From contig OY970067.1 of assembly GCA_963705305.1 (NCBI GenBank), positions 4,288,001-4,352,000 on the forward strand: a DNA stretch of 64,000 bases, given 5' to 3'. Every line of letters starts with the position of its first letter. Positions within the stretch are counted from its first letter, which is position 1. Of the stretch, positions 1 through 12,429 are shown piece by piece. The notes under the pieces are model-generated. The model was given only the letters and a program-made list of their open reading frames with translations. It was not told the DNA's origin and did not search any database. This DNA is from an uncultured Methylomirabilota bacterium. Lineage in GTDB: Bacteria > Methylomirabilota > Methylomirabilia > Methylomirabilales > 2-02-FULL-66-22. A program made the position numbers and the translations under genes.

Positions 1-593
1 AGCTCCAGGCCGAGATCCGGCGCCTCCCCGCGGCCGCCTGGCAGCTCGAGCGGGAGGAGCCCGAGGCGATCCGGGCCTGGGCCGAAGTCCCCTACGTCCC
101 CGAGGATGGCGATCACCGGAAGGCGCGGCCGTGCGTTCGCCGCTACCTCGCGGTGCGTATCCAGCGACGCCAGGGGAGCCTCTTCGCCGACGGGAGTAGC
201 GTGCAGTACTTCGCCGTGGTCACCAATCGGCCGGAGGATGGGCTCACGATCCTCCGGTGGCACCGGGAGAAAGCAGGGACCATCGAGCACACCCATCACG
301 TCCTCAAGACCGAGCTGGCGGCCGCCGCGCTGCCCAGTGGGAAGTTCGGGGCGAACGCCGCCTGGTTCCGGCTGAACGTGCTCACCTACAACCTGCTCAC
401 CGCGCTCAAGCGGTTGACCTTACCCGGAGATCTCCGGACCGCCCGGCCGAAGCGTCTCCGGTTCCTGCTGTTCAACACCGTCGGGAAGGTCGTCGCGCAT
501 GCCCGACGGACGCTCTTGCGGCTCTCGGGCGCCCTGCAGCACGCCTTGCTCGTCCGGGCGCGGCGCAAGATCGCCCGGCTGGCCACCGCTTAG
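1..593 (+). mobile_element. IS1380-family transposase, C-terminal part (runs off the window start)
   Basis: Frame is open from base 3 (LQAEIRRLP...). C-terminal motifs WHREKAGTIEHTHHVLK, FGANAAWFRLNVLTYNL and KRLRFLLF..VGKVVAHAR are typical of IS1380 DDE enzymes. Confidence 0.8.
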
Positions 594-620
594 CCGGAGA
601 TTAGGGGGGGCTGCCTCCGG

Positions 621-676
621 CCCGGGTTCCTCCCCGTAGGGGCTCGACCCCGGAGGGAGGGCCTACGGCCCGGAGG
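621..676 (+). repeat. REP-like palindromic repeat (GTAGGGGCTC..CCCCGGAGGG..CCTAC family)
   Basis: Near-identical copies at 10694-10750 and, reversed, at ~29178-29225, ~31667-31712 and ~46488-46533. GTAG and CTAC ends flank GC-rich stems. Confidence 0.7.
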
Positions 677-912
677 GGGGGCGGGGGCGACGGGGCGACA
701 AGGAGAGAGGGCGAGGGGGCGACCCGGAGAGCCGGAGAAGCGGAGTCTCGGAGGAAAAACGCAGGGGTGCAGGGGTGCACCGCTGCGCCCGGGAGCAGGG
801 GTAAAGGTGGAATATAGGACTACTGACCACTGACTACTGCTTACTGGCAATGGCGATCTTTGCGTGAGATCAGGTCCGAGTTCTTTCAAGCAAGGGATCT
901 GAGCTCGCCATC

Positions 913-1254
913 CTATGACGATGTCAGACGCCCGGCTGCCTCGAGGTCGCCGATCTGATCGCCCAACGCCCGCAGCCGGTTGTAGCACTCGCTGATCTCG
1001 GTGTGCGGGAGGACGGGGATCGATCTGTCCATCATGTTCAGCCGATCCCCCAGCCCTCGCGCCTCCTTCAGAATCTGGACGGCGCGCTGCCGCTCCTGGT
1101 CCGGCGGCAGCCGGTCGAAGAATGCTTCGAGACCGTCCTCGTCGCACCGATCCACCAGCTCCAGGAATGTTGCCCGCTCTTCAGCCGAGAGATTGGACGG
1201 GCCCAGGCGCGAGTACACTTTTGTGCGAAATGTTCGAAATCGCAGGTCCGCCAT
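913..1254 (-). CDS. Hypothetical protein (113 aa)
   Basis: Abuts the stop codon of the peptidase gene, has a GGAGG RBS and natural helical composition; no recognised motif. Confidence 0.7.
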   Translation of the reverse strand: MADLRFRTFRTKVYSRLGPSNLSAEERATFLELVDRCDEDGLEAFFDRLPPDQERQRAVQILKEARGLGDRLNMMDRSIPVLPHTEISECYNRLRALGDQIGDLEAAGRLTSS

Positions 1255-2397
1255 CTATACCTCCAACTCCTTTGGCAGCCGGGTCAAGTTCCGGCAACCC
1301 TCTGCCTCCACCACCACCACGTCCTCGATGCGGACTCCCCCGATGCCCGGATAGTACAGCCCGGGCTCGACGGTGACCACCTGACCCGCCTGGAGAATTG
1401 TCGGGATCTTGCCCAGGCGGGGCAGCTCGTGCACCTCCAGACCCAGCCCATGCCCCGTCCCGTGGAAGAATCCGCGCATCCGGCCGTTCACCTCGCCCGT
1501 CTTGAAGCCGCGGTCCTCCATGGCGGCCTGAACCGCCCGGTGGATCGCCTCTCCATCCTCGCCGGCCCGGATGCGCGCGAACGCCGCCTCCTGTCCTGCC
1601 AGCACCGCGCGGTACATCCGCTGCAGGTGCTCCGAGGCGCGGCCTTTCACCACCGTCCGGGTGATGTCGGCAAAGAAACGGCTGGCGGAGTCCTGCGGGA
1701 AGACATCGATGATGATCGTCTCCTCCGGCCGCAGCGGCCCGCTGCCCTCGTTATGCGGATCGCAGCCATCCTCGCCGCAGGCCACGATGGTATGCTGCGC
1801 AACCAGACCCTCCTCCAAGAGCCGTGCCGCGATGAACCGCTTGACGGTCTCGGAGGTGAGCGGTTTTTCCCGCCACCACAGGATCCCGTCGCGAATCTCG
1901 GCGGCGCGGATTACCCCGATGGCGGCCTCTAGCGCCGCCTCCGTGCGTCGCATGGCCTGAGCAATGGCCTCGACCTCCGTCTCCGTCTTGACCATCCGCT
2001 CTTCGATGAAGGGCTCGCGTTTGACCGTCAGGGCAAAGCCGCGCCCCCGCAGCCCGTCGCCGTACTCGAGAGGAAAGGTGCCGGGAACCTCCAGGCGGCG
2101 GATGCCGCGATCTTTCAGCAGCTCGGCGAGTGAATCCAAAAGCCCGGGGCGCTCGACTCCCGCCTGCTTGGCTCGCTCTTCATAGACGCGGATCGGCAGC
2201 ACCGTGCTTACGGCAGCCCGCGCGCGCGCCCGATCCAGTTCCAGGTCCGACATCAGAAGGATCTTCTCCGACCCATGCCAGAGAAAGACAAAGGCATCGG
2301 GGGCCAGGAAACGAGTGGCGTAGTACAGGTTCGCGTCTGCCTCGCTGGCGGCGATGATCAGCCGCGCGTCAGGCGCTGTTCCAGGGTCGATGTTCAT
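1255..2397 (-). CDS. M24-family Xaa-Pro peptidase
   Basis: Metal-ligand motifs IIIDVFP..FADITRT, HGTGHGLGLEVHE and VTVEPGLY..GGVRIEDVV. Confidence 0.93.
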   Translation of the reverse strand: MNIDPGTAPDARLIIAASEADANLYYATRFLAPDAFVFLWHGSEKILLMSDLELDRARARAAVSTVLPIRVYEERAKQAGVERPGLLDSLAELLKDRGIRRLEVPGTFPLEYGDGLRGRGFALTVKREPFIEERMVKTETEVEAIAQAMRRTEAALEAAIGVIRAAEIRDGILWWREKPLTSETVKRFIAARLLEEGLVAQHTIVACGEDGCDPHNEGSGPLRPEETIIIDVFPQDSASRFFADITRTVVKGRASEHLQRMYRAVLAGQEAAFARIRAGEDGEAIHRAVQAAMEDRGFKTGEVNGRMRGFFHGTGHGLGLEVHELPRLGKIPTILQAGQVVTVEPGLYYPGIGGVRIEDVVVVEAEGCRNLTRLPKELEV

Positions 2398-2791
2398 GGG
2401 TGGCAGACCACGGTTCGAGGTTCGACGTTCTAGGTTCGAGGTTTGAAAACCGCCAACTTCAAACCACAGTACTTACTGTCCCACCCTGGGTGCTTGATAT
2501 CATAATCATATATCACAGCCCTTGCGGGCGACCCGAGAGACTGGACCCGCGGCTCGGCCGGTTTCGGGACGCCGTGGCTACGGATGCATCGTACTCAGCA
2601 ATCCGGCCCCGCCCACGGCGCGTCGCGCCCTTCCGAGGGCGGCGGCGCCCGGGTACCCGGCCGGGCACCCTCTGGGTGGGCTGGGTGCAGGCCGAGCGGC
2701 TCTCGACGGGTCCCAAGGCTCGGAGGGCCGGCCGCGAGGGCGGTCGACCCAACACACAATCCTTATGGACGGGACACGAGAACCATATCCC

Positions 2792-3943
2792 CTACGCCTG
2801 ATGCATCGTCATAGGCTCGAGGAGGGGGGTCCCCGAGCGAAAGCGGCCTACGCCGAGCGGACTGATATCGATGCTCGGACATCCGGTCAAGAGCAGCTCG
2901 GCCATCATCTTGCCCGTGGCAGGGCCGTGCATGAAACCGTGTCCGCTGTAGCCCGCGGCCACATAGAATCCCTGGATCTCCGGCACCGCTCCCAGGATGG
3001 CATTGTTATCGGGGCTGATCTCGTACGAGCCGGCCCAGCCACGGTTGATCTCCGCCGATTCCAGGAGGGGAAGTCGCACCAGAGCCGTGGCCACGCTCTC
3101 GGCCAGGTGGTCCCAGTCTACATTGGTGTTGAATGTGCTCTCCACGTCCTTCGGCCCGGAGAACAGGCAGCCGCCCATGTCGCCCCGGAAGTACCAGTTG
3201 CGATGGTAGTCGATCGTGACTGGGGGCTCCGTCGCGAACGCGGGCACGGGGTGGGTGGTGAAGATCTGCCGCCGGAAGGGCTTGATTGGAATGTCCACCC
3301 CCGCCATCTCCCCCACCAGACCTGCCGCCGCTCCTGCGGCATTCACCACGACCGGCGCATGGATGGGCCCGTCGGCGGTTTCGACTCCCATCATCAGCCC
3401 GCTCGATTGGAGCACCCCGGTGACCGCCCGCCGCTCGTGAATCTTGACCCCGAGCCGGCGCGCCGCCGCCGCATAGCCCATCGTCACTTCGTACGGAGCG
3501 GCATACCCGTCGGTCGGACAATGGGCCCCGCCGATGATCCCGTCCACTTGGAGATAGGGGACAAGCCTCTTGATCTCATCCACCCAGACGATCCGCACGG
3601 CAATACCATAGCGCTTTTGCAAGGCCGCGTTCGCTTGGAACAACTCCATCTCTTGCGGGGTGGTGGCCATGAAGAGATAGCCCACCTGGTGAAAGCCTGG
3701 ATCCACTTCCAATTCTTCGGGCATCCGGCGGAACAGCTTCAGGCTCTCCAGGGAGAGGCGGATGTTTACTTCGGTGGCAAATTGCTGTCGGATCCCGCCT
3801 GCGGACTTCCCCGTAGAGCCGGAGCAGATGAGGTCCTTGTCCAGCACCACGACCTTGGGATTCCCCAGCGTGGCCAGGTGGTAGGCAATGCTGCAGCCCA
3901 CGATTCCCGCACCAATGATGACGATATCGGCTGTTTCTGCCAT
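2792..3943 (-). CDS. FAD-dependent oxidoreductase (DAO / sarcosine oxidase beta-like)
   Basis: IVIIGAGIVG Rossmann motif, GSTGKSAGGIR and GYSGHGFMHGPATG. Confidence 0.9.
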   Translation of the reverse strand: MAETADIVIIGAGIVGCSIAYHLATLGNPKVVVLDKDLICSGSTGKSAGGIRQQFATEVNIRLSLESLKLFRRMPEELEVDPGFHQVGYLFMATTPQEMELFQANAALQKRYGIAVRIVWVDEIKRLVPYLQVDGIIGGAHCPTDGYAAPYEVTMGYAAAARRLGVKIHERRAVTGVLQSSGLMMGVETADGPIHAPVVVNAAGAAAGLVGEMAGVDIPIKPFRRQIFTTHPVPAFATEPPVTIDYHRNWYFRGDMGGCLFSGPKDVESTFNTNVDWDHLAESVATALVRLPLLESAEINRGWAGSYEISPDNNAILGAVPEIQGFYVAAGYSGHGFMHGPATGKMMAELLLTGCPSIDISPLGVGRFRSGTPLLEPMTMHQA

Positions 3944-4248
3944 GCTGCACGCGAAATGTGAATCGGGATACACAAATGCCCGCGCGACGACCGCCGGGAA
4001 AAATACGGGGCGAGCACGGGCAGAGAATCGAAACGCTTAGCCGTCTCCGCCGATTACGGCGAGTAACTCTATCCTCCACGCAAGAGCGGTGTCAAGGCAA
4101 AGGTTAGCTTCGCAGTTCGAGGTTCGAAGTTCTAGGTCCGAGGTTGGAAAACCGCAGCACTTCGAACTATTTCTAACCGCCGTACTTCGCACCGTCCTGA
4201 ATCACGGTTCGACGTTCGAAAACCGCAGCACGTCGAACCGTCTTCCCC

Positions 4249-5682
4249 TTAAGGAAGACTCGTCTCCCCCATCAGGAACCGGTCCACGCCCTTGGCGGTC
4301 TCCCGGCCCTCGTGGATGGCCCACACGATCAGTGACTGGCCCCGCGCCATGTCGCCCGCCGCGAACACGCCGGGCACGCTCGTCATCTTGTTCTCGTCGA
4401 CGGCCACGTTCCCGCGTGGGGTGATCTCCACCTCGAGCTGCGCCAGGACGCCGTCCCGCTCCGGGCCCAGGAAGCCCATCGCCAGAAGCACCAGGTCGGT
4501 TTCGATCTCGAAGGCGCTGCCCGGGACCTCCCGCATCCGCTGTCCCACGTTCCCGTCGGGGACGAACTCGACGCGCATGGCGTGCAGGCGCTCCACCCTG
4601 CCGCTGCCGGAGAACCGGGTCGTGGAGATGCAAAAGTCGCGCGTCCCGCCCTCCTCGTGGGCCGAGGAGGTGCGCAGGATATTCGGCCACAGCGGCCAGG
4701 GATTGTCGAGCGCCCGCTCTGCGGGCGGGGCCGGCAGCAGTTCCAGCTGGTGCACCGAAAGCGCCCCCTGCCGGTGCGCCGTCCCCAGGCAGTCGGCCCC
4801 CGTGTCGCCGCCGCCGATGATCACCACCCGCTTCCCCTCCGCGCTGATGAATCGCTCTTCCGGAATGGGATCGCCCAGGCAGCGCCGGTTCTGCAGGGGC
4901 AGGTAGTCCATGGCGAAGTGGATCCCGTCCAGCTCGCGGCCGGGAGCCTTCAGGTCGCGCGGCAGCGTGGCGCCGCCGGCCAGCAGGATAGCGTCAAAGG
5001 TCCGACGCAGGGCCTCCACCGGAATATTCTTCCCCACGTCGGCATTGGTCCGAAACGCTATGCCCTCCTGCGACAAGAGGTGCAGGCGGCGATCCAGGAC
5101 GCGCTTCTCCATCTTGAACTCGGGGATCCCATAGCGCAGCAATCCCCCGATCCGGTCCGCCCGTTCGAACACCGTCACCCAGTGGCCGGCCCGGTTGAGC
5201 TGCTGGGCCGCCGCCAGCCCGGCCGGCCCGGACCCCACGACCGCCACGCGCTTGCCGGTGCGGACCAGCGGAGGCTCGGGCGCGATCCAGCCCTCGCGAA
5301 AGGCGTGGTCGATGATCTCCAGCTCGATCTGCTTGATCGTCACCGCCGGCTGGCCGATCCCCAGGACGCAGGATCCCTCGCACGGGGCGGGGCACAGGCG
5401 TCCCGTGAACTCGGGGAAGTTATTGGTGGCGTGCAGGCGGTCCAGCGCCTCCCGCCAGCGGTTCTTGAAGACCATGTCGTTCCAGTCCGGGATGATGTTG
5501 CCCAGCGGGCAGCCCCGGTGGCAGAACGGAACGCCGCAGTCCATGCAGCGGGCGGCTTGCAGCCGGAGCTTCTCCTTGGGGAAGTCCTGGTAGACCTCCC
5601 GCCAGTCCTTGATGCGCTCTTCGACCGGCCGGCGCTCGGCCGTCTCGCGCGTATATTCCATGAAACCGGTCGACTTACCCAT
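4249..5682 (-). CDS. gltD: Glutamate synthase small subunit
   Basis: Starts [24 protein letters not shown] Fe-S motif, [17 protein letters not shown] and [14 protein letters not shown]; overlaps the gltB stop. Confidence 0.97.
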   Translation of the reverse strand: MGKSTGFMEYTRETAERRPVEERIKDWREVYQDFPKEKLRLQAARCMDCGVPFCHRGCPLGNIIPDWNDMVFKNRWREALDRLHATNNFPEFTGRLCPAPCEGSCVLGIGQPAVTIKQIELEIIDHAFREGWIAPEPPLVRTGKRVAVVGSGPAGLAAAQQLNRAGHWVTVFERADRIGGLLRYGIPEFKMEKRVLDRRLHLLSQEGIAFRTNADVGKNIPVEALRRTFDAILLAGGATLPRDLKAPGRELDGIHFAMDYLPLQNRRCLGDPIPEERFISAEGKRVVIIGGGDTGADCLGTAHRQGALSVHQLELLPAPPAERALDNPWPLWPNILRTSSAHEEGGTRDFCISTTRFSGSGRVERLHAMRVEFVPDGNVGQRMREVPGSAFEIETDLVLLAMGFLGPERDGVLAQLEVEITPRGNVAVDENKMTSVPGVFAAGDMARGQSLIVWAIHEGRETAKGVDRFLMGETSLP

Positions 5683-8600
5683 TGCGCACCCCCAACAGCT
5701 CCTGCCAGGTCGCCTCCCGCCCTTCCTCCCTTGCCTTGGCCTGGGCGGCCAGCACCCGACGGTAGTCCCGCGGCATGATGCGGACGAACTTCGGCAGCAT
5801 CCGCTCCCAGTTGGCCAGCACCTTCTTGCCCCGGCTGCTGTGCGTCTGCTCCGCGTGCTTGCGGACGAGGTCCCACACCAGCTGCACATCCTCCGGGTCG
5901 TCCAGCGGCTCCAGGTCCACCATCTCCTGGTTGCAGCGTCGGTGGAAATCCCCTTCCTCGTCCAGGACGTAGGCCACGCCGCCGCTCATCCCCGCCGCGA
6001 AATTTCGCCCGGTCCGGCCCAGGACCACCACTCGGCCGCCGGTCATGTACTCGCACCCGTGATCCCCCACCCCCTCGACCACGGCGTGGGCGCCGCTGTT
6101 CCGGACGCCGAACCGCTCGCCGGCCATGCCCCGGAAGAATGCCTCGCCGGATGTGGCCCCGTACAGGACGACGTTGCCCGCCAGGATGTTCTCCTCGGCC
6201 ACGAAGGTGGCCGCGGCCGGCGGGAAGACGATGATCCGGCCGCCCGACAGGCCCTTCCCCAGGTAGTCGTTGGCGTCCCCCTCGAGGGTGAGGGTGATCC
6301 CGCGTGGGACGAAGGCGCCGAAGCTCTGGCCGGCCGACCCGCTGAATTTGACCCTGATGGTGTCGTCCGGGAGGCCCCGGCCGCCGTACCGCTTGGTCAC
6401 GTGGTAGCCCAGGATGGTCCCCACCGTCCGGTTGGTGTTCCGGATTGGCAGCTCCAGCGACACGGGCGTTCCGTGCCCCAACGCCTCCCGGCACAGCGGA
6501 ACGAGCTGATTATCCAGCGCGTTGTCCAGGCCGTGATCCTGCGGCTGGACCCTGCGGACGGCCACGTGCGGCGGCGCCTGGGGCTGCATCAGGATCTTGG
6601 AGAAGTCCAGCCCCTGGGCCTTCCAGTGGTCGACCGCCTTCCGCACGTCCAGGCGGTCCACCCGGCCGATCATTTCGTCCATCGTCCGGAAGCCCAGCTT
6701 GGCCATCAGCTCGCGCACCTCTTCCGCGATGAAGTGGAAGAAGTTCACCACGTGCTCGGGCTTGCCGGTGAAGCGCTTGCGCAGCTCGGGGTTCTGCGTG
6801 GCCACCCCCACCGGGCAGGTGTCCAGGTGGCAGACCCGCATCATCACGCAGCCCATGACCACCAGGGGCGCGGTGGCGAACCCAAACTCCTCGGCGCCCA
6901 GGAGGGCCGCCACCACCACGTCGCGGCCGGTCTTCAGCTGCCCGTCGGTCTGCACGACGATCCGCCCCCGCAGATCGTTCATGACCAGGGTCTGCTGGGT
7001 CTCGGCCAGCCCCAGCTCCCACGGAATGCCGGAGTGCTTGATGCTGGTGAGGGGCGACGCCCCCGTGCCGCCGTCGTGGCCGCTGATCAGGACCACGTCG
7101 GCGTGGGCCTTCGAGACCCCGGCGGCCACCGTCCCCACGCCCACCTCGGCCACCAGCTTGACGCTCACCCGCGCCGCGGGGTTGGAGTTCTTCAGGTCGT
7201 AGATGAGCTGGGCCAAATCCTCGATGGAGTAGATGTCGTGGTGCGGCGGCGGCGAGATCAGCTGCACGCCCGGTGTGGAGAAGCGCACCTTGGCGATCCA
7301 GGGGTAGACCTTCTGGCCGGGGAGCTGCCCGCCCTCCCCCGGCTTGGCCCCTTGGGCCATCTTGATCTGCAGCTCTTCGGCGTTGACCAGGTACTCGCTG
7401 GTCACGCCGAAGCGGCCCGACGCCACCTGCTTGACCGCGCTACGGCGCCAGTCGCCGTTCGCGTCCCGCGCGAACCGCGCCGGGTCCTCGCCGCCCTCCC
7501 CCGTGTTGCTCCTGCCCCCCAGCCGGTTCATGGCGATGGCCAGGGTCTCGTGCGCCTCCTGGCTGATGGAGCCGTAGGACATCGCGCCGGTGGCAAAGCG
7601 CTTGACGATGGCCTCCACCGGCTCGACCTCCTCGAGCGGGATCGGCTGCTCCGCGAATTGCAGCTCCAGCAGGCCGCGGAGGGTGGCCAGGCGCCGGCTC
7701 TGGTCGTTGACGAGCTGGCTGTATTCCTTGAAAACGGTGTACTGGCCGGTCCGCGTGGCGTGCTGCAGCTTGAAGATGGTGTCGGGATTGAAGAGGTGGT
7801 ACTCGCCGTCCTGCCGCCACTGGTACTCGCCGCCCCACTCCAGGTCGGGCTTCTGCACCAGGCGGGCGGGGAAGGCCCGCCGGTGCCGCCGCAGCGTCTC
7901 CTCGGCGATGACGTCCATTCCGACGCCGCCGACGCGCGAGGCGGTCCAGGTGAAGTAGGTGTCCACGAAGGCCTTGTCCAGGCCGATGGCCTCGAAGATC
8001 TGCGCGCCGCAGTAGCTCTGGATGGTGGAGATCCCCATCTTGGACATGACCTTGAGGATCCCCTTGTTCAGGGCCTTGATGTAGTTCTTGACCGCCTTGG
8101 CGTGGTCGACATCCGGCGGCAGCATCCCCTGCCGGATCATGTCGTCCAAGGTCTCGAAGGCCAGGTAGGGGTTGATGGCGCCCGCGCCGTACCCCATGAG
8201 CAGCGCCGCGTGATGGACCTCCCGCACCTCGCCGGTCTCGATGATCAGCCCCACCTTCGTCCGCGTGCCCTGCCGCACCAGGTGGTGGTGGACGCCGGCC
8301 GTGGCCAGCAGGGCCGGGATGGGGGCGTTCTCCAGGTCCACGCCGCGGTCCGACAGAATCAGCAAGGTGTAGCCGCGCTCGATGGCCTGGCTGGCCTTCC
8401 GGCATAGCTCGTCCAACGCCCGCGCCAGGCCGTCGCTCCCCTGCGCGGCCGGGAACAGCATCGGCAGCGTGGCGCAGCGGAAGCCGCCCACGGTGATGTG
8501 GCGCAGCTTGGCCAGCTCGTGGTTGTCCAGGATCGGGTAGGCAATCGTGATCTGATGACAGCTCTCCGGCTCGGCCTTCAGCAGGTTGCGCTCGGGGCCG

Positions 8601-10225
8601 ACCGTGCTCTCCATGGAGGTGACCAGCTCTTCCCGGATGGCGTCCAGCGGCGGGTTGGTGACCTGGGCGAAGAGTTGCTTGAAATAGTCGTACAGCATCC
8701 GCGGCCAGTTGGACAGGACGGCCAGCGAGGTGTCCGTGCCCATGGAGCCCACCGGCTCCTGGCCGTTGACCGCCATGGGGGCCATGAGGATCCTGAGATC
8801 CTCATGGGTGTAGCCGAAGGCCTGCTGGCGCCGCAGCACCGTCTCGTGGTCGGGCTCCGCCACGGGGGCCGCCGGCACGTCCTTCAGGGACAGCATGTGC
8901 TGGCGCAGCCACTCGGCGTACGGCTTCTCGGTGGCGATGGTGTGCTTCAGCTCGGCGTCGTCGATGATCCGCCCCTGGGCCGTGTCCACCAGGAACATCC
9001 GGCCGGGGTGCAGCCGCTCCTTCAGCAGGATGTCCTCGGCCGGGATGTCTAGGACCCCCACCTCGGACGCCATCACGACCAGACCGTCCTTGGTGACGTA
9101 ATAGCGCGACGGGCGCAGGCCGTTCCGGTCCAGGACCGCCCCGATTACCGTGCCGTCGGTGAAGGCGATGGAGGCGGGGCCGTCCCACGGCTCCATCAGG
9201 CAGGAGTGGTACTCGTAGAAGGCCCGCTTCTCCCGGCTCATGCTCTCGTGGCCGCTCCACGCCTCGGGGATCAGCATCATGACCGCGTGCGGCAGCGAGC
9301 GGCCGCACATCACCAGCATCTCCAGGGTGTTGTCCAGCATGGCCGAGTCGCTGCCACCCTCCCGGATGACGGGCAGCAGGTCCGTGATCCGGTCGCCGAA
9401 CAGCTCGGACTCGAACAGCCGCTCGCGGGCGTGCATCCAGTTGATGTTCCCGCGCAGCGTGTTGATCTCCCCGTTGTGGGCCAGGTAGCGGAACGGATGG
9501 GCCAGCGACCAGGTGGGGAACGTGTTGGTGCTGAACCGCTGGTGGACAAGGGCCAGCGCGCTCTCCACGGCCGGGTCGGTCACGTCCGGGAAGTAGGTCT
9601 CGATCTGGTCGGCCGAGAGCATCCCCTTGTAGACGATGGTGTTGCAGGACAGGCTGCCGACGTAGAAGAAGTGGCGCTGCTTGAGGCCGGAGGTCTGGAC
9701 GCCGTTCTCCACCCGCTTGCGGATGAGGAACAGGATCCGCTCGAAGTGGGCGGCGTCGCGGATGGTGCCGCCCCGGCCGATGAACACTTGGCGGAACACC
9801 GGCTCGCCCCGCTTGGCCGTCTCGCCGATGGGGCTGTTGTCGGTGCGGACATCGCGCCAGCCCAGGGGGACCTGGCCCTCCTCCCGCGCGATCCGGTCGA
9901 ACAGCGCCTGGCATGCGAAGCGCTCGGTGGGATCGGTCGGCAGGGAGACCATGCCAACGGCGTAGTGCTGGGGCGGAGGCAGCTCGATCCCGATCCGCCG
10001 GCATTCGCGGCGCAGAAACGCGTCGGGCAGCTGGAGCAGGATGCCGGCCCCGTCTCCGGTGTTCTTCTCGCAGCCGCAGGCCCCCCGGTGGAGGAGATTC
10101 TTCAGGACGGTGAGCGCCTTGGCGACGATCTCATGGGACTTCCGCCCCTTGATATCGACCACGAAGCCGACCCCGCAGCTGTCGTGCTCGTACCGCGGGT
10201 CGTAGAGTCCCTGCGCCTCCGGCAT
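5675..10225 (-). CDS. gltB: Glutamate synthase large subunit
   Basis: HDSCGVGF amidotransferase start, [38 protein letters not shown] and GXGXG C-terminal domain. Confidence 0.98.
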   Translation of the reverse strand: MPEAQGLYDPRYEHDSCGVGFVVDIKGRKSHEIVAKALTVLKNLLHRGACGCEKNTGDGAGILLQLPDAFLRRECRRIGIELPPPQHYAVGMVSLPTDPTERFACQALFDRIAREEGQVPLGWRDVRTDNSPIGETAKRGEPVFRQVFIGRGGTIRDAAHFERILFLIRKRVENGVQTSGLKQRHFFYVGSLSCNTIVYKGMLSADQIETYFPDVTDPAVESALALVHQRFSTNTFPTWSLAHPFRYLAHNGEINTLRGNINWMHARERLFESELFGDRITDLLPVIREGGSDSAMLDNTLEMLVMCGRSLPHAVMMLIPEAWSGHESMSREKRAFYEYHSCLMEPWDGPASIAFTDGTVIGAVLDRNGLRPSRYYVTKDGLVVMASEVGVLDIPAEDILLKERLHPGRMFLVDTAQGRIIDDAELKHTIATEKPYAEWLRQHMLSLKDVPAAPVAEPDHETVLRRQQAFGYTHEDLRILMAPMAVNGQEPVGSMGTDTSLAVLSNWPRMLYDYFKQLFAQVTNPPLDAIREELVTSMESTVGPERNLLKAEPESCHQITIAYPILDNHELAKLRHITVGGFRCATLPMLFPAAQGSDGLARALDELCRKASQAIERGYTLLILSDRGVDLENAPIPALLATAGVHHHLVRQGTRTKVGLIIETGEVREVHHAALLMGYGAGAINPYLAFETLDDMIRQGMLPPDVDHAKAVKNYIKALNKGILKVMSKMGISTIQSYCGAQIFEAIGLDKAFVDTYFTWTASRVGGVGMDVIAEETLRRHRRAFPARLVQKPDLEWGGEYQWRQDGEYHLFNPDTIFKLQHATRTGQYTVFKEYSQLVNDQSRRLATLRGLLELQFAEQPIPLEEVEPVEAIVKRFATGAMSYGSISQEAHETLAIAMNRLGGRSNTGEGGEDPARFARDANGDWRRSAVKQVASGRFGVTSEYLVNAEELQIKMAQGAKPGEGGQLPGQKVYPWIAKVRFSTPGVQLISPPPHHDIYSIEDLAQLIYDLKNSNPAARVSVKLVAEVGVGTVAAGVSKAHADVVLISGHDGGTGASPLTSIKHSGIPWELGLAETQQTLVMNDLRGRIVVQTDGQLKTGRDVVVAALLGAEEFGFATAPLVVMGCVMMRVCHLDTCPVGVATQNPELRKRFTGKPEHVVNFFHFIAEEVRELMAKLGFRTMDEMIGRVDRLDVRKAVDHWKAQGLDFSKILMQPQAPPHVAVRRVQPQDHGLDNALDNQLVPLCREALGHGTPVSLELPIRNTNRTVGTILGYHVTKRYGGRGLPDDTIRVKFSGSAGQSFGAFVPRGITLTLEGDANDYLGKGLSGGRIIVFPPAAATFVAEENILAGNVVLYGATSGEAFFRGMAGERFGVRNSGAHAVVEGVGDHGCEYMTGGRVVVLGRTGRNFAAGMSGGVAYVLDEEGDFHRRCNQEMVDLEPLDDPEDVQLVWDLVRKHAEQTHSSRGKKVLANWERMLPKFVRIMPRDYRRVLAAQAKAREEGREATWQELLGVRNG

Positions 10226-10869
10226 CCCGATCTCCCACTCGCCCTTTCGCGCCCTCTCTCTCCCTCGCCCCTGCTCCTCAGCGCCCCTGCTCTCCACCTT
10301 ACATCCCTCCCAAATCCGACGTCTCACGCCAAGAATGCCATTTCTCAATTTCGAATTTCGAACTTCGAAATTCGAATTCTCCTGGTCGCCCCCTCGCCTT
10401 GTCGCCCGCTCGCCCCTGCCCCCCCTCCGGGCCGTAGGCCCTCTCGGGCTGCGGGCAGCTCCCCTGCGCCCCTGCAGCTCTCTGCCCTTGAGTGGCCGCA
10501 ATTTGCCAGGAAGAGACCCGGGTGTCAAGATAAGTTACGCCAAATGTTGAATATACTTTGCATAAGTTTTACTTATTTAGTATGCTCTAGCAGATGGCCG
10601 TTCCCGTGCCGCGAGGAAAGATTGGAATCTGCTCTCACGCCAAGATCGCCATTGCCAGTGTGCAGAAGGCAGCGGTCAGTGGTCAGCCTCCAGCCCGGGT
10701 TCCTCCCCGTAGGGGCTCCACCCCGGAGGGAGGGCCTACGGCCCGGAGGGTGGTCAGTGGTCCTGCATTCCACCTGCGCCTCTGCGCCTCCTCGCCTCTT
10801 CGCTCTATGCACCATGCTCTTTGCCCCCTTTCGCCCCCTCTCCCCCTGCGCCTTGTCGCCCCCTCGCCC

Positions 10870-11037
10870 AGGCTGCTCAAAAAGGCCCAGGTGCAAGGCG
10901 CCGCGCGATCCGCGGGGTGCCCACTGGAGGTGGGTCGGAGGCGTACTTAGCACGTACGTCGCAGCACCGCGGGAACGCGCGGGTACCCGGCCGTAGGCTG
11001 GGTGTCCGCAGATGGGCCTTTTTCAGCAGACTGCTAG
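10870..11037. mobile_element. MITE-like non-coding element with terminal inverted repeats
   Basis: AGGCTGCTCAAAAAGGCCC ... GGGCCTTTTTCAGCAGACT, ending in CTAG just before the LysR RBS. Confidence 0.6.
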
Positions 11038-11046
11038 GAGGTGGCC

Positions 11047-11943
11047 ATGAACCTTGAGACCCTCAAGCTCTACTGTGACATCGTTCGGCTGCGCAGCTTC
11101 TCGCAAGGTGCAACGGCCAACAAGATCTCGCAGTCCGCCGCCACCCAGGCCATCCAGCAGCTCGAGAGCGAGCTCGACGTCCGGCTGATCGACCGCACCA
11201 AACGGCCGTTCATGCTAACATCCGAGGGCCAGACCTTCTATGACGGCGTCTTCGTGCTCCTCGAGAGCTATGAAAAGGTCCGCACGGCCATCGCCTCCAG
11301 CCGGACGCAGATGACCGGGATCGTCCGGGTCGCCGCCATCTACTCCGTCGGCATCCACATCATGAGCGACCACATGCAGCGTTTCATGTCCCTCTACCCC
11401 CAGGCCAAGGTGCGGCTGGAGTACCTCCATCCCCACCGGGTCGTCGAGGCCGTCTTGAACGACGAGGCGGACCTGGGCCTGCTCTCCTACCCCCCGGCGA
11501 ACCGCTCGCTCACCATCCTTCCCTGGCGCTCCGAGACCATGGTCTTCGTCTGCCACCCGTCCCACCGCTTGGCCCGGCGCAGGATTATCGGCGCGGCCGA
11601 TCTCAACAACCAGAACTTCGTCGCCTTCGATGCCAACCTCAGAATCCGGAAGGCCATCGACCGCGCCCTGCACCAGCACGACGCCAGGGTCACCGTCGTC
11701 ATGGAGTTCGACAACATCGAGACCATCAAGCAAGCCATCGGCGTGGGGGCCGGCGTGAGCATCCTGCCGCAACCCACCATTCTGAAAGAGGTAGCCAACC
11801 GCACCCTGGCGTCGGTCCCGATGGCTATCCCCGGCATGGTCCGCCCCCTCGGCATCATCCACCGCCGGGGCAAGATCCTGACCCCCACCATCAACCGCTT
11901 CCTGGAGCTCCTCCGCCAACCCGATCAGGCCCCCGGCGACTAG
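11047..11943 (+). CDS. LysR-family transcriptional regulator, divergent from gltBD
   Basis: N-terminal HTH SFSQGA....SQSAATQAIQQLESEL..RLIDR and substrate domain MEFDNIETIKQAI. Confidence 0.95.
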   Translation: MNLETLKLYCDIVRLRSFSQGATANKISQSAATQAIQQLESELDVRLIDRTKRPFMLTSEGQTFYDGVFVLLESYEKVRTAIASSRTQMTGIVRVAAIYSVGIHIMSDHMQRFMSLYPQAKVRLEYLHPHRVVEAVLNDEADLGLLSYPPANRSLTILPWRSETMVFVCHPSHRLARRRIIGAADLNNQNFVAFDANLRIRKAIDRALHQHDARVTVVMEFDNIETIKQAIGVGAGVSILPQPTILKEVANRTLASVPMAIPGMVRPLGIIHRRGKILTPTINRFLELLRQPDQAPGD

Positions 11944-12429
11944 CCCAGCGCTGAGCTCGCCAATCTCGCGATATTGGGAAACGGGGTGTCGGTGAACCGG
12001 TGAGGCGGGGCTGCCATGGGCCTCGAACCTGATCTCACGCAAAGATCGCCAAGAAGAACCCCTTGTTGTTCCGGACTTTAGATCCGAACCTATCCCTGCC
12101 CGACTTTGCGACCTTTGCGTGCTTAGCGTGAGAATATTCCGAGTTGCTCGCTATGATCGTCAAACTTGCGATAGTGGGAAACGGCGAACCGGAGTGTCGG
12201 GGAACCGGTGAGGCGGAGAACCGCGGAACTGAAGGCGGGGGCGAGTGGTCAGTAGCGTGAGGAAAGCCCCGATCCTGTTCTCACGCAAAGATCGCCAAGA
12301 CAAGCTTTTCATTTCGAAATTCGAACTTCGAAATTCGAATTTTCCCCCGCGCCCTTTGCGTGAGAAATCCGAGCCCTGTCCCACGCCAAGATCGGCAAGT
12401 CAGGCTTTTCAATTTCGAATTCTCTTCCA

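Noticed and set aside
10226..10528. N-terminal extension of GltB (also extensions on GltD, Phd, DUF433 and other ORFs)
   Set aside because: The extensions translate intergenic repeat DNA or neighbouring genes (e.g. [10 protein letters not shown]); better starts lie downstream.
5609..10996. Long plus-strand ORFs (932 and 596 aa) and similar ORFs opposite pepP, capD, tnsB, the helicase and IS1380
   Set aside because: These are antisense shadows of high-GC genes with no motifs.
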